From positions 1-44,370 of the IMG/VR virus record IMGVR_UViG_3300044667_000030: 44,370 bases of DNA. One strand, given 5' to 3'. Positions within the stretch are counted from its first letter, which is position 1, and every line of letters starts with the position of its first letter. This document shows, one piece after another, positions 33,925 through 41,672 of this stretch. The DNA comes from a virus. Lineage: Duplodnaviria; Caudoviricetes. The translations under genes and the position numbers were made by a program. The notes beneath the pieces are model-generated. The model saw only the letters and a list, made by a program, of their open reading frames with translations, was not told the DNA's origin and ran no database searches.

Positions 33925-35388
33925 GTGAATCTGTTCGGCGGACGACTTACGCTTCAGCAAGCGCAGCCGTTAATCACGTCAGATTGCATTGGTGTTAATC
34001 GCGCGTTCCTCGCGCCATTCGAGAGCGACAGCATTCCGTTGGTGTTATCGGACGGTTCGGTTGTCGTCCGTCCATTCACCAGCGGCCCGACCGATCAGGT
34101 CGGCATGGTCTATGATCTCGATCCGGCCTTTCACACGCCAAATCTGGGCTATGATTTCTTTGCTTACGATGACAGCGGCGTAACCAAACTCGGCACCACT
34201 GCCGGCTGGACCAATCTCGGCGCTCCACCTCCGCCGCCGCCATCTGGCAATTTCCTTGAACTGACGGGCGGCCAAGCTATCGGCGGGATGACGGCCAATG
34301 GCGGGGTTGCCGCAGCAAACACAGGCGACAACGCCAAGACATCTTCGGCATCATCCTTTAGCCCGTCCCCGGCATCGAGCGGATACGCTGCGCAGAACTC
34401 GTGCGGCGTGATGTTCGATACGCCGCAAACCGTTACCAAGCTGGAATTGTGGTCACCGACCGACGATGGTTTCATCGGTAACTGGACAGCTATCGGCTTC
34501 AAGCTGATGGCGTCGAATACGAACGACATTTCGACGGCTGTTCAGATCGCCAGCGGCACGCTTCCGAGTGGATCGGCCGCCTATTACGAACAACACACCG
34601 GCATCGACACAAGCGCGGCCTATACGTGCTTCTGGACCGTGTTTCAGGGCAACGGGACAAATGCCGTTCGCTGTGCTCGGCGGCGGCTTTACATCACATC
34701 GTCGGGCACAACTACCGCGCCGTCCGGGCCAACCTCTCGCGCTGCAACGCAACTCTACAAGGGCGTTCCGGTCAACTCGGCTGATGTCCCGTTAAAGACC
34801 GCAGCCGGGGTTGTCACCATTCCAGCCGGTCAGGCAATCCATGTCGGGGCGGTTCGCGTTGGCGACGTAGCCGGGCAGGTGACGGCTCACCGCACCTATG
34901 GCCCAAGTCGTCTTTATGACGTGTGGAATCGTCACAATCAGCGGCGTGTCATCATTGAGGCTGGCGCTGAAGACCCTCGTGGGGGCGGCACGGCATCGTG
35001 GGCCATACTGCGAGGCAATGCCGGGAATAGCCTTAAGGTGTTCTGCGGCGATCAGCAGGATGTGCGGCTCTCCTACTACCAATCCGTGAACTGCTACGTC
35101 CCCGCTGGCGGCTCTGCTTGGGCATCCAATGCCTTCGGCATCAACTCGGGGACGGTCCCGTCCGGGACATGGGGACAGTGGGGTCGGGATAACGGAGCGT
35201 CGGTCAGCAATCCGGCAAATCCCGGTGCCTGCATCCTCGCCACTCACAGGATCGCCTCGGCGGACAGCGTTGGCGAAACCAAGGTCAACGCGCTGGTTTC
35301 TGTTGTCGAGGCGAACGGCGGATCGGTAACCTTCTTCACGGCCAACGGCATTCAGGAAAAGAAGCTCGTAGCCGAGTGGATGGCCTAG
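33925..35388 (+). CDS. Tail fibre/receptor-binding protein 2
   Basis: GGRLTL N-terminus, Pro/Thr linkers flanking a discoidin-like segment. Confidence 0.7.
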   Translation: MNLFGGRLTLQQAQPLITSDCIGVNRAFLAPFESDSIPLVLSDGSVVVRPFTSGPTDQVGMVYDLDPAFHTPNLGYDFFAYDDSGVTKLGTTAGWTNLGAPPPPPPSGNFLELTGGQAIGGMTANGGVAAANTGDNAKTSSASSFSPSPASSGYAAQNSCGVMFDTPQTVTKLELWSPTDDGFIGNWTAIGFKLMASNTNDISTAVQIASGTLPSGSAAYYEQHTGIDTSAAYTCFWTVFQGNGTNAVRCARRRLYITSSGTTTAPSGPTSRAATQLYKGVPVNSADVPLKTAAGVVTIPAGQAIHVGAVRVGDVAGQVTAHRTYGPSRLYDVWNRHNQRRVIIEAGAEDPRGGGTASWAILRGNAGNSLKVFCGDQQDVRLSYYQSVNCYVPAGGSAWASNAFGINSGTVPSGTWGQWGRDNGASVSNPANPGACILATHRIASADSVGETKVNALVSVVEANGGSVTFFTANGIQEKKLVAEWMA

Positions 35389-36080
35389 TCGAACTGATAG
35401 CGATATTGCCCGGCCTCTAGCTTAGAGAGGACTGCAAGCATTTTGTCGGGCGGAATTGGTTTGTGGAATGTGCCGGCGCCCTGCTGTTCGGCATCGGCCA
35501 TTGAGTAGTCGTGGTCGATGATGTTGCGTACCGCGTCTGCAAGCAGCTTGTAGCCTTCGCTTAGAACTGTCACTCGCACATCGACGTAAGTCGCATTCTT
35601 CGGAAACGTATAGGATTCGCGCCTGACGATCGGGCCTTCGTCGATCTTGTCGGTCATGAAGTGGACCGTGTTGCAGACCTGATCGTCATTGTAGATTGCC
35701 CACTCGACGCAGGTTGCCCCGCGATAGTTCGGCAGCATTCCTGGGTGGACGTTGAGAACACCGATCCGCGGCGATTTCAGTAGTTCGTTTGAGCAAATTC
35801 CCGTGGTGGCTGCGCTGACGATCAAATCGAATTGGCTCAGGTAGGTAGTGAGCCATGCGCCCGTGTGGCCGGGCACGCCGATGGCAGGAACGCCAAGGGC
35901 GATCAGGTCACCGCCGGGTAGCCTGCCATCTGTGCGCGCCTGCCAGATTTCGATGTCCTTCGGACGAGAGGGGCGGTTGTCGAGGATGAGTTGAGCGGGT
36001 CTCGCTCCCGCTTCGATCAGCGCCTTGGTGACGTAGTAGGTCGCTGGGCGATCAGTGATCCCGAGTACCGCGACGCGCAT
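35385..36080 (-). CDS. Formyltransferase (Fmt/sugar N-formyltransferase family, N-terminal domain only)
   Basis: LNVHPGMLPNYRGA..VEWAI, TVHFM...IDEGPI. Confidence 0.88.
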   Translation of the reverse strand: MRVAVLGITDRPATYYVTKALIEAGARPAQLILDNRPSRPKDIEIWQARTDGRLPGGDLIALGVPAIGVPGHTGAWLTTYLSQFDLIVSAATTGICSNELLKSPRIGVLNVHPGMLPNYRGATCVEWAIYNDDQVCNTVHFMTDKIDEGPIVRRESYTFPKNATYVDVRVTVLSEGYKLLADAVRNIIDHDYSMADAEQQGAGTFHKPIPPDKMLAVLSKLEAGQYRYQFD

Positions 36081-36228
36081 TGGTGTTTGCCTCCCTCAGG
36101 CGTTCTATGACCCGGCCTTCGTTGTAAAGCCAGAACTGGCACTCGCCAGCGATCTGACAGAGCGATTTCGTGCACGCGATGGTGCGCGGATCATCGCATG
36201 GCATTTCGTGTTCAGGTCCGAATTTCAT
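36052..36228 (-). CDS. Small Cys-rich protein in formyltransferase moron
   Basis: MKFGPEHEMPCDDPRTIACTKSLCQIAGEC; overlaps both neighbours. Confidence 0.5.
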   Translation of the reverse strand: MKFGPEHEMPCDDPRTIACTKSLCQIAGECQFWLYNEGRVIERLREANTNARRGTRDH

Positions 36229-36341
36229 GGTGGCTTTCTGCGTCGGCAAAGATCGACGATTTTGTCTTTGCAGATGGCGCAAAGCAACCCGATCAGCCCG
36301 ATCAGGCTCAAAAAGTCCTGCTTCAGCTTAGTGCGCCCCAT
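36225..36341 (-). CDS. 38-aa membrane peptide, first gene of moron (leaderless)
   Basis: MGRTKLKQDFLSLIGLIGLLCAIC...; TTGCGG-N16-TAGAAT-N7-ATG; ATGA overlap downstream. Confidence 0.5.
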   Translation of the reverse strand: MGRTKLKQDFLSLIGLIGLLCAICKDKIVDLCRRRKPP

Positions 36342-36374
36342 ACCCACGATTCTACCGCGGGTTGATTCAACCGC

Positions 36375-36395
36375 AAGCCGCCTCCGGGCGGTTTT
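36375..36395 (+). terminator. Hairpin/terminator upstream of lysis region
   Basis: AAGCCGCC-TCCG-GGCGGTTT followed by T. Confidence 0.45.
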
Positions 36396-36407
36396 CAATG
36401 AGGAAAC

Positions 36408-36761
36408 ATGTCTCACCGAACGGTCGCCATCATTGGCGCGCTGGCGATGGTCTGCGCGCTGCTAAGTGCCGCTTTCGCAAGGGATAATGGACAGTTCGCC
36501 TCGGCCCCAAGCGACATCCGCGAGTGGTTCAAGTCGCTCAAATCCCCCTTGGGCGTCCCGTGCTGCGACACGTCTGACGGCACCCGTCTTGAAGACGTGG
36601 ACTGGCGGCAGGACGAGGACGGCTACTCCGTTCGGATCGACGGGGAATGGGTGCGCGTCCCGAAGGAAGCCGTCGTTAGCGTTCCGAACCGCGTTGGCTT
36701 TGCAATCGTCTGGCGATGGGGCGGCAAGCTCCAATGCTTTCTGCCAGGCACACTGACTTAG
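36408..36761 (+). CDS. Secreted Cys-containing hypothetical protein
   Basis: Signal peptide ending AAFA; PCCD.SDG, CFLPG. Confidence 0.7.
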   Translation: MSHRTVAIIGALAMVCALLSAAFARDNGQFASAPSDIREWFKSLKSPLGVPCCDTSDGTRLEDVDWRQDEDGYSVRIDGEWVRVPKEAVVSVPNRVGFAIVWRWGGKLQCFLPGTLT

Positions 36762-36771
36762 GAGAACTGAA

Positions 36772-36879
36772 ATGCTGTTTCTTGCGGGCGTCGTTGTCGG
36801 CGCTGCTGCGGTCGGTGCCGCTTGGTACTACTGGCCGAAGATCGAGAGCGCGGTTAAGAGCGCGGCGGACAAGCTGTGA
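36772..36879 (+). CDS. 35-aa single-TM peptide (not in ORF track)
   Basis: MLFLAGVVVGAAAVGAAWYYWPKIESAVKSAADKL; AGGAG upstream; GTGA overlap with endolysin. Confidence 0.6.
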   Translation: MLFLAGVVVGAAAVGAAWYYWPKIESAVKSAADKL

Positions 36880-37463
36880 CCGTCGAAAACCGCGAGCCGA
36901 GCATCAAGAAGACGCTTGGCTATGAAGGGGGTTACACCAACCATCCTTCGGACCCCGGCGGACCGACCAATTGGGGCATCACGATTGCCGATGCCCGCAA
37001 GTATTGGAAGCCGGACGCGGACGCGGAAGACGTTCGCAAGATGCCTCTTGCTGTGGCTCTTGAAATCTATCGCAAACATTATTGGTCCCCGGCTGGTTGT
37101 GATGGTCTGGCGGCGGGGCTCGACTTCGCGGTCTTCGACTTCGCGGTCAACTCGGGCATCACGCGGGCGCTGACCTATTACGGCAAGACCTCCGGCGACA
37201 CGATCACTCGGATTGAACAGCTTTGCGATGCCCGCCTGCAATTCCTGAAGGGGCTCAAGACGTGGCCGGTCTATGGGAAGGGGTGGGGTTCTCGCGTTGC
37301 CGATGTGAAGCAGACCGCCAAGGCGATGGCCAAGGCTCAACTGGACAAGCCGGTTTCCGTTCCGCCGCCGCCTGATATTCCGCGGCCGGAGCCTGAGCAT
37401 CAGGGCGCGAACCTCATCGCTCAGATCATCAGCGCAATCCTCTCGATCTTCAGGAAGAAATAA
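36876..37463 (+). CDS. Endolysin, GH108 lysozyme
   Basis: EGGYTNHPSDPGGPTNWGIT; FDFAVNSG; YGKGWGSRV. Confidence 0.92.
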   Translation: MTVENREPSIKKTLGYEGGYTNHPSDPGGPTNWGITIADARKYWKPDADAEDVRKMPLAVALEIYRKHYWSPAGCDGLAAGLDFAVFDFAVNSGITRALTYYGKTSGDTITRIEQLCDARLQFLKGLKTWPVYGKGWGSRVADVKQTAKAMAKAQLDKPVSVPPPPDIPRPEPEHQGANLIAQIISAILSIFRKK

Positions 37464-37814
37464 ATGGACCTTCTAGGCTTGGGGCCAATCGCCGATCTGG
37501 CCCGCGATATTCTGGCGATGTTTCCGAACGCCGAGCAGCGCGCTCAGGCAGCCAATAAGCTGCAAGACCTCGCAGCGCAGATCGCTGCGGCACAGTCAGC
37601 CACGAACACGGCGGAGGCATCTAACCCGTCGATCTTCGTCGCCGGGTGGCGGCCTTTCATCGGATGGGTGTGCGGCTTTGGTTTCGTCTATTCGATCATT
37701 CAGCCGGCGTTTCATCTCCCGCCTGTCGATATGAGCAACATCATCGCGATCCTCGGCGGCATGTTGGGCCTCGGCACCATGCGGACCGTAGAGAAGCTGA
37801 AGGGCGTGAAATGA
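37464..37814 (+). CDS. Holin (GTA-type 3TM holin family)
   Basis: AEASNPSIFVAGWRPFIGWVCG...GMLGLGTMRTVEKLKGV. Confidence 0.85.
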   Translation: MDLLGLGPIADLARDILAMFPNAEQRAQAANKLQDLAAQIAAAQSATNTAEASNPSIFVAGWRPFIGWVCGFGFVYSIIQPAFHLPPVDMSNIIAILGGMLGLGTMRTVEKLKGVK

Positions 37815-37999
37815 GTCTGCCGGACGTTCCGCACCACATCATTCCGACCCATCACGCGGCAATCGACATTGGAAGCATTGCATTGATCATTCTTTCTGCC
37901 CTCGGCTATCTGCCGACCGTCGCCGCGGGGCTCGCCTGCCTCTGGTACGTCATCCTGATTGTTGACCGCTTCAGGAGCGGGCGTAAGGCGCAAAATTGA
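37811..37999 (+). CDS. Small 2-TM protein (lysis accessory?)
   Basis: IDIGSIALIILSALGYLPTVAAGLACLWYVILIV; ATGA overlap. Confidence 0.65.
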   Translation: MSLPDVPHHIIPTHHAAIDIGSIALIILSALGYLPTVAAGLACLWYVILIVDRFRSGRKAQN

Positions 38000-38088
38000 T
38001 TTTTGGGGTGCCCGCCAGTCCAGATTTTCCAAGCGTGGGCGTGCGCCGCTGGACGCTTTCCAGCTATCAGCAGAAGAAAGAAAGCAGA

Positions 38089-38367
38089 ATGTTTACGATC
38101 AAATTCTACAGCCATGAGGGCGGTCGCCAGCGGATTGAGGCGGCAGATAGTTTTACAATCCTGCGAATGGATCAAGTCGGCGGAGCCGAGATTACGCTTC
38201 ATCGGAAGAATCCTAGCGACGATATTCGGGTCGATATAGGTCCGCATCGAAACTGCGTGCCGGTTGGCGGCTGGCCAAACGATGTCTTTCAAAAGGCAAT
38301 CATTGAAAATGCAGCCGGACGCACCACGGAAATAATCTCCCTTCAGCCTGCTCCTGCGGCAGCCTAG
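38089..38367 (+). CDS. Hypothetical protein
   Basis: MFTIKFYS...IIENAAGRTTEII; flanked by structured leader and hairpin. Confidence 0.65.
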   Translation: MFTIKFYSHEGGRQRIEAADSFTILRMDQVGGAEITLHRKNPSDDIRVDIGPHRNCVPVGGWPNDVFQKAIIENAAGRTTEIISLQPAPAAA

Positions 38368-38374
38368 CCGCTTC

Positions 38375-38403
38375 TGACGGCCCGTTCGTGTAGCGGGCCG
38401 TCA
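38375..38403. terminator. Strong inverted repeat
   Basis: TGACGGCCCG / CGGGCCGTCA 10-bp perfect stem, no T-tract. Confidence 0.5.
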
Positions 38404-38431
38404 CCCCTGCCAACAACCTAGAGGTTCCTGC

Positions 38432-38821
38432 ATGCTGCGCCTACGCGCGGCAGCACTCGCGCTCGCGCTGGTGTTGCCGAATGCTGCTCAAGCAACCATG
38501 GTCCGATCAACCTCCGGCGCAAAGGCAAATGTAGCGCCATCCTCCGCTCCGAAATTCCAATGCCTGGTAACCGCGCTCGACAGGGCGGGGTACAAAATCA
38601 AATTCATGGGCGGCTACGGCAAGCGCCCCAATCACAGCAAGCACCCATCCGGCCACGCGCTGGACATCAACCAGACTGCCCGCAACAGGGTGATTGCTCG
38701 CTTTCCCTCCAACATAAACGCGCTGGCGGCTGACTGTGGCCTGTTCCATGGCGCGCAATGGCGCAGGGCAGATGCCGGGCACTTCGAGGTGCCGAGCAGC
38801 CGATACGCGGGGCTGCGCTGA
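38432..38821 (+). CDS. Secreted M15-like (Hedgehog/DD-peptidase fold) zinc peptidase
   Basis: Signal peptide ending AQA; SKHPSGHALD and DAGHFE motifs. Confidence 0.72.
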   Translation: MLRLRAAALALALVLPNAAQATMVRSTSGAKANVAPSSAPKFQCLVTALDRAGYKIKFMGGYGKRPNHSKHPSGHALDINQTARNRVIARFPSNINALAADCGLFHGAQWRRADAGHFEVPSSRYAGLR

Positions 38822-39774
38822 TGGCCAAGATCGAACAAGCGCAGTTCGTGCATGAGTTCGAGACCTACGGCCCCGCCTATATGCGGGACAAGCACGACAT
38901 GGCCATCCGCAGCATCATGTCGCGGCGGAAGACCGTCGAGAACCTTATCGGCCGTCCGCTGGTAAGCCCTATAGGGCCCGGCGGGAAGCCTCGCGCGCCG
39001 GGGAGGGGCAATCATCGCCTCGAATGGAAGATCGAGAACGGCGAAGTCCTTATCGGCTCCGACGCCCATATCTGGAACGACAAGTACACCCCCGCCATGC
39101 GGGCCTTCGTGAAGTTCGCCAAGGAGCGGAATCCCAAGGGCATCATCCTCAACGGCGACATCTTCGACGGCGCGGCAATCTCCCGTCACGCCCCGATCAT
39201 GTGGGAGCGTTCACCCTCCGTTATCGAGGAACTGGAGGCGGTACAGAACTGGCTCAATGAGCTGGTGCTATCGGCCCCCAAGAAGGCGTTGATGGCATGG
39301 CCGCAGGGCAACCACGATGCCAGGTTTGAATCCCGGCTTGCCGATCGCGCGCATGAGTACGCGAAGATCAAGGGCTTTCACCTCAAGGATCACTTCTCCA
39401 ATCGGCTGACCCCTTGCTGGTCAGTGTGGATCAACGATCAAGTCGTGGTGCGTCACCGTGGACGTGGTGGGGACCACGCGGTCTGGAACAACACGATCCG
39501 TAGCGGCAAGACCATTGTCACTGGCCACCTGCATTCCCCGAAGGTGGTTCCGTTTCGCGACTATAACCCAGGCACTCGATACGGCGTCGACTGCGGTTGC
39601 CTCGCCGATCCATACGGTCCGCAATTTCTTGCCTACACGGAAGACGGATTCCGAAATCACGGCTCGGGCTTTGCCGTCCTTAAGTTCGTCAACGGTGAGC
39701 TATTGGAGCCGTCTCTATGCCTCACCTGGGATGACAATCACGTCCAATTTCGAGGTGAGATCATCAAAGTATGA
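38821..39774 (+). CDS. Calcineurin-like metallophosphoesterase
   Basis: SDAH, NGDIFD, GNHD, RH, GHLH motifs. Confidence 0.9.
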   Translation: MAKIEQAQFVHEFETYGPAYMRDKHDMAIRSIMSRRKTVENLIGRPLVSPIGPGGKPRAPGRGNHRLEWKIENGEVLIGSDAHIWNDKYTPAMRAFVKFAKERNPKGIILNGDIFDGAAISRHAPIMWERSPSVIEELEAVQNWLNELVLSAPKKALMAWPQGNHDARFESRLADRAHEYAKIKGFHLKDHFSNRLTPCWSVWINDQVVVRHRGRGGDHAVWNNTIRSGKTIVTGHLHSPKVVPFRDYNPGTRYGVDCGCLADPYGPQFLAYTEDGFRNHGSGFAVLKFVNGELLEPSLCLTWDDNHVQFRGEIIKV

Positions 39775-39998
39775 GCAAGCCACGCAAGCGCGATGTTGCA
39801 CAGGTTTATGACGGTGAGTGGCAGACCGTCGATTCACGCGGGCGCTTCACCGAGATATGCTGCGATTGTTCGCTAACACACCATGTAGAGGTCAAGGTTG
39901 GTCCTGATGGAAAAATCAAATGGCGGTGCTGGCGAGACGACAAGCAGACCAAGCAGCACAGAAAGCGATTCCAGAACACCGCGGCGAAGATTGGCTAG
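39771..39998 (+). CDS. Small zinc-binding hypothetical protein
   Basis: CCDCSLTH; ATGA overlap. Confidence 0.65.
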   Translation: MSKPRKRDVAQVYDGEWQTVDSRGRFTEICCDCSLTHHVEVKVGPDGKIKWRCWRDDKQTKQHRKRFQNTAAKIG

Positions 39999-40131
39999 CC
40001 TTTGCCAGTACATTGACGAAAAGGATTTGCCGTCATTCGAGGCGGTCGGCTGGCAAGCCTTGGCGGCCGTCTATGAGCGATCGGATGGCATCCGCGCGGT
40101 TCTCATCGGAAGGGATTTCTTTGACGCATGA
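39991..40131 (+). CDS. Hypothetical protein
   Basis: TTG start overlapping previous gene; ATGA overlap to next. Confidence 0.4.
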   Translation: MASLCQYIDEKDLPSFEAVGWQALAAVYERSDGIRAVLIGRDFFDA

Positions 40132-40334
40132 CTGAGCATCTGACCTGCCGCAGCCTCGCATTCTTCCGCAATGGAGAGGATGCAACGCTATCGCTGACGA
40201 CGGACAAAAACCATTTTTACGTCGCCCTGACGGCCACCCAGGTTGCGCTGCTCCTGCAGGATTCCGCCAAGTTCACGTCCGAGGTTGTGAGGTCCGCGGC
40301 TCCGGATGCCTTGCCGGAGATTACCTTTTCCTGA
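40128..40334 (+). CDS. Hypothetical protein
   Basis: 68 aa, coupled to upstream ORF. Confidence 0.55.
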   Translation: MTEHLTCRSLAFFRNGEDATLSLTTDKNHFYVALTATQVALLLQDSAKFTSEVVRSAAPDALPEITFS

Positions 40335-40373
40335 GGGCTTTAAAGCCCGCGGCGGCTCGTTTAAAACGCCGCC

Positions 40374-40643
40374 ATGCCGCCCCCCAACGTCCACACTGTT
40401 TACATGCACTGCGGCCTGCTCGGCATCCGCTGTTGCTCCTGCGGCCGGCGGAAGGTGGTGGGCTTGCCGGAACTAAAGGGCCACCGCGGCGACATGCGCC
40501 AGCTTCGCGATCTCACATTCCGCTGCAAGCACTGCAATAATAAGGGTAGGGCGCCGTCCGCCTTCGATCTTTACATTCCCGGCAATACGGAACGCGCGGA
40601 GGCTTTTGCGCTGGGCGAGGAGTTCGATCCGCTGGAGGTGTAG
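40374..40643 (+). CDS. Zinc-ribbon hypothetical protein
   Basis: CCSCGR...FRCKHC; possible leaderless promoter TTTAAA-N17-TAAAAC-N6-ATG. Confidence 0.6.
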   Translation: MPPPNVHTVYMHCGLLGIRCCSCGRRKVVGLPELKGHRGDMRQLRDLTFRCKHCNNKGRAPSAFDLYIPGNTERAEAFALGEEFDPLEV

Positions 40644-40661
40644 CTAGAGAGCGTGTTTGGA

Positions 40662-40865
40662 TCACTGCGCGACTTTCTCCGGCACCATCAGCCGGATCTG
40701 CGCTTCGATGGCGGCGGATAGATTGGTGGTCGCCGCCTGTACCACGCCAATCGGAGCGTGATGCCCGTGCACAACGATATGGGCGCCGATCAGTTGGTTG
40801 ATTGCCTCGGCAACTTGGTCAGCTAAGCGTCTCGGGTCCATCTTCCTCTCCTGCTCATAAGGCAT
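40662..40865 (-). CDS. Hypothetical protein
   Basis: Last gene of leftward block; start may be MDPRRL. Confidence 0.55.
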   Translation of the reverse strand: MPYEQERKMDPRRLADQVAEAINQLIGAHIVVHGHHAPIGVVQAATTNLSAAIEAQIRLMVPEKVAQ

Positions 40866-41100
40866 CTTCGGACAGGGCCGTGTCTATCATCTTCTGCCAC
40901 ACGGCTTCCGCGCTTTCGTCATGCGCCGCCCAATAGGCCGCGTCGACCATCTTTTTGCTCGGCTCTCGGATCGCCACAAGAACAGCACGGGCAGCCTCGC
41001 GCAACCGAAGCTGATCCAGCTCGCCGCCTTCATCGGCTCGGTCCCTGATCGGTAGAGCCTTCAAGGTCTCGGCTATTTTGCTGATCATCTGTCCGCTCAT
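40855..41100 (-). CDS. Hypothetical phage protein (REP...M..A...W..MID family)
   Basis: AIREPSKKMVDAA...VWQKMIDTAL. Confidence 0.65.
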   Translation of the reverse strand: MSGQMISKIAETLKALPIRDRADEGGELDQLRLREAARAVLVAIREPSKKMVDAAYWAAHDESAEAVWQKMIDTALSEDAL

Positions 41101-41102
41101 CT

Positions 41103-41312
41103 CTACTGTTCGTGCTTTTCGGCGAGTTCAACAAGGTCATCTACGGCCTTACGCAAAGAGGCCCACTGATTGAGCGGTAGCCGGTAGGCGGTCTCAATCG
41201 ACAGTGCAGGGCCTTCATCGGTGTCCATGACCTTGACGGTCGCCTGATAGCCGCTGCCGTCAGAGTAGGGCGCGATGTGGGTGATAAATTCAAACCGGGG
41301 TTTGTCGCTCAT
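41103..41312 (-). CDS. Hypothetical protein
   Basis: MSDKPRFEF..., GAGGG upstream, ATGA overlap. Confidence 0.6.
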   Translation of the reverse strand: MSDKPRFEFITHIAPYSDGSGYQATVKVMDTDEGPALSIETAYRLPLNQWASLRKAVDDLVELAEKHEQ

Positions 41313-41422
41313 CGTCCCTCGCAATATCGGTCTGAGGCGTGGTCGTAACCGATTATGTAGCCAAGGCCGAACGCCGCGATTAGCAGCACAACACCCCAGA
41401 AAATCAGGTAGCCTTCGCTCAT
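41309..41422 (-). CDS. 37-aa single-TM peptide (not in ORF track)
   Basis: MSEGYLIFWGVVLLIAAFGLGYIIGYDHASDRYCEGR; GAGG upstream. Confidence 0.55.
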   Translation of the reverse strand: MSEGYLIFWGVVLLIAAFGLGYIIGYDHASDRYCEGR

Positions 41423-41457
41423 CCTCTCACCCTCCAGCACGATTCAGGAACAAATTC

Positions 41458-41672
41458 TGCAAACGGGTTGCAAACGGTGCGCTCTTGCAAACGCCCGCTC
41501 ACCCAAATCATATTTGATTTTACACGATAATTTGGTCGGAGCGGCGAGATTCGAACTCGCGACCCCCAGTCCCCCAGATTGAGGAGAACTGGTGTTTTTG
41601 CTGATGATTTCTGCAAACGGGGTCATTTTTCCGCGACCGTGAATCAATGGGTTAAGACCGCTTCTGCAAACG
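41458..41672 (+). repeat. Five TGCAAACG integrase arm-type sites and an IHF consensus around attP
   Basis: TGCAAACG at 41458, 41469, 41486, 41612, 41665; AATCAATGGGTTA (WATCAANNNNTTR) at 41642. Confidence 0.75.
41533..41578 (-). other. attP: attP core: 3' half of tRNA-Pro(GGG), not a complete tRNA
   Basis: - strand TCTGGGGGACTGGGGGTCGCGAGTTCGAATCTCGCCGCTCCGACCA: anticodon loop, T-arm, acceptor 3' strand and CCA; just downstream of int. Confidence 0.9.

Noticed and set aside
37988-38010. -1 frameshift or readthrough joining 37811-37999 to the 37996-38367 frame
   Set aside because: GCAAAAT is not an X-XXY-YYZ slippery site, although structure follows
41533-41578. tRNA gene
   Set aside because: Only the anticodon loop to CCA is present; no D-arm or 5' acceptor strand, so it is an att core
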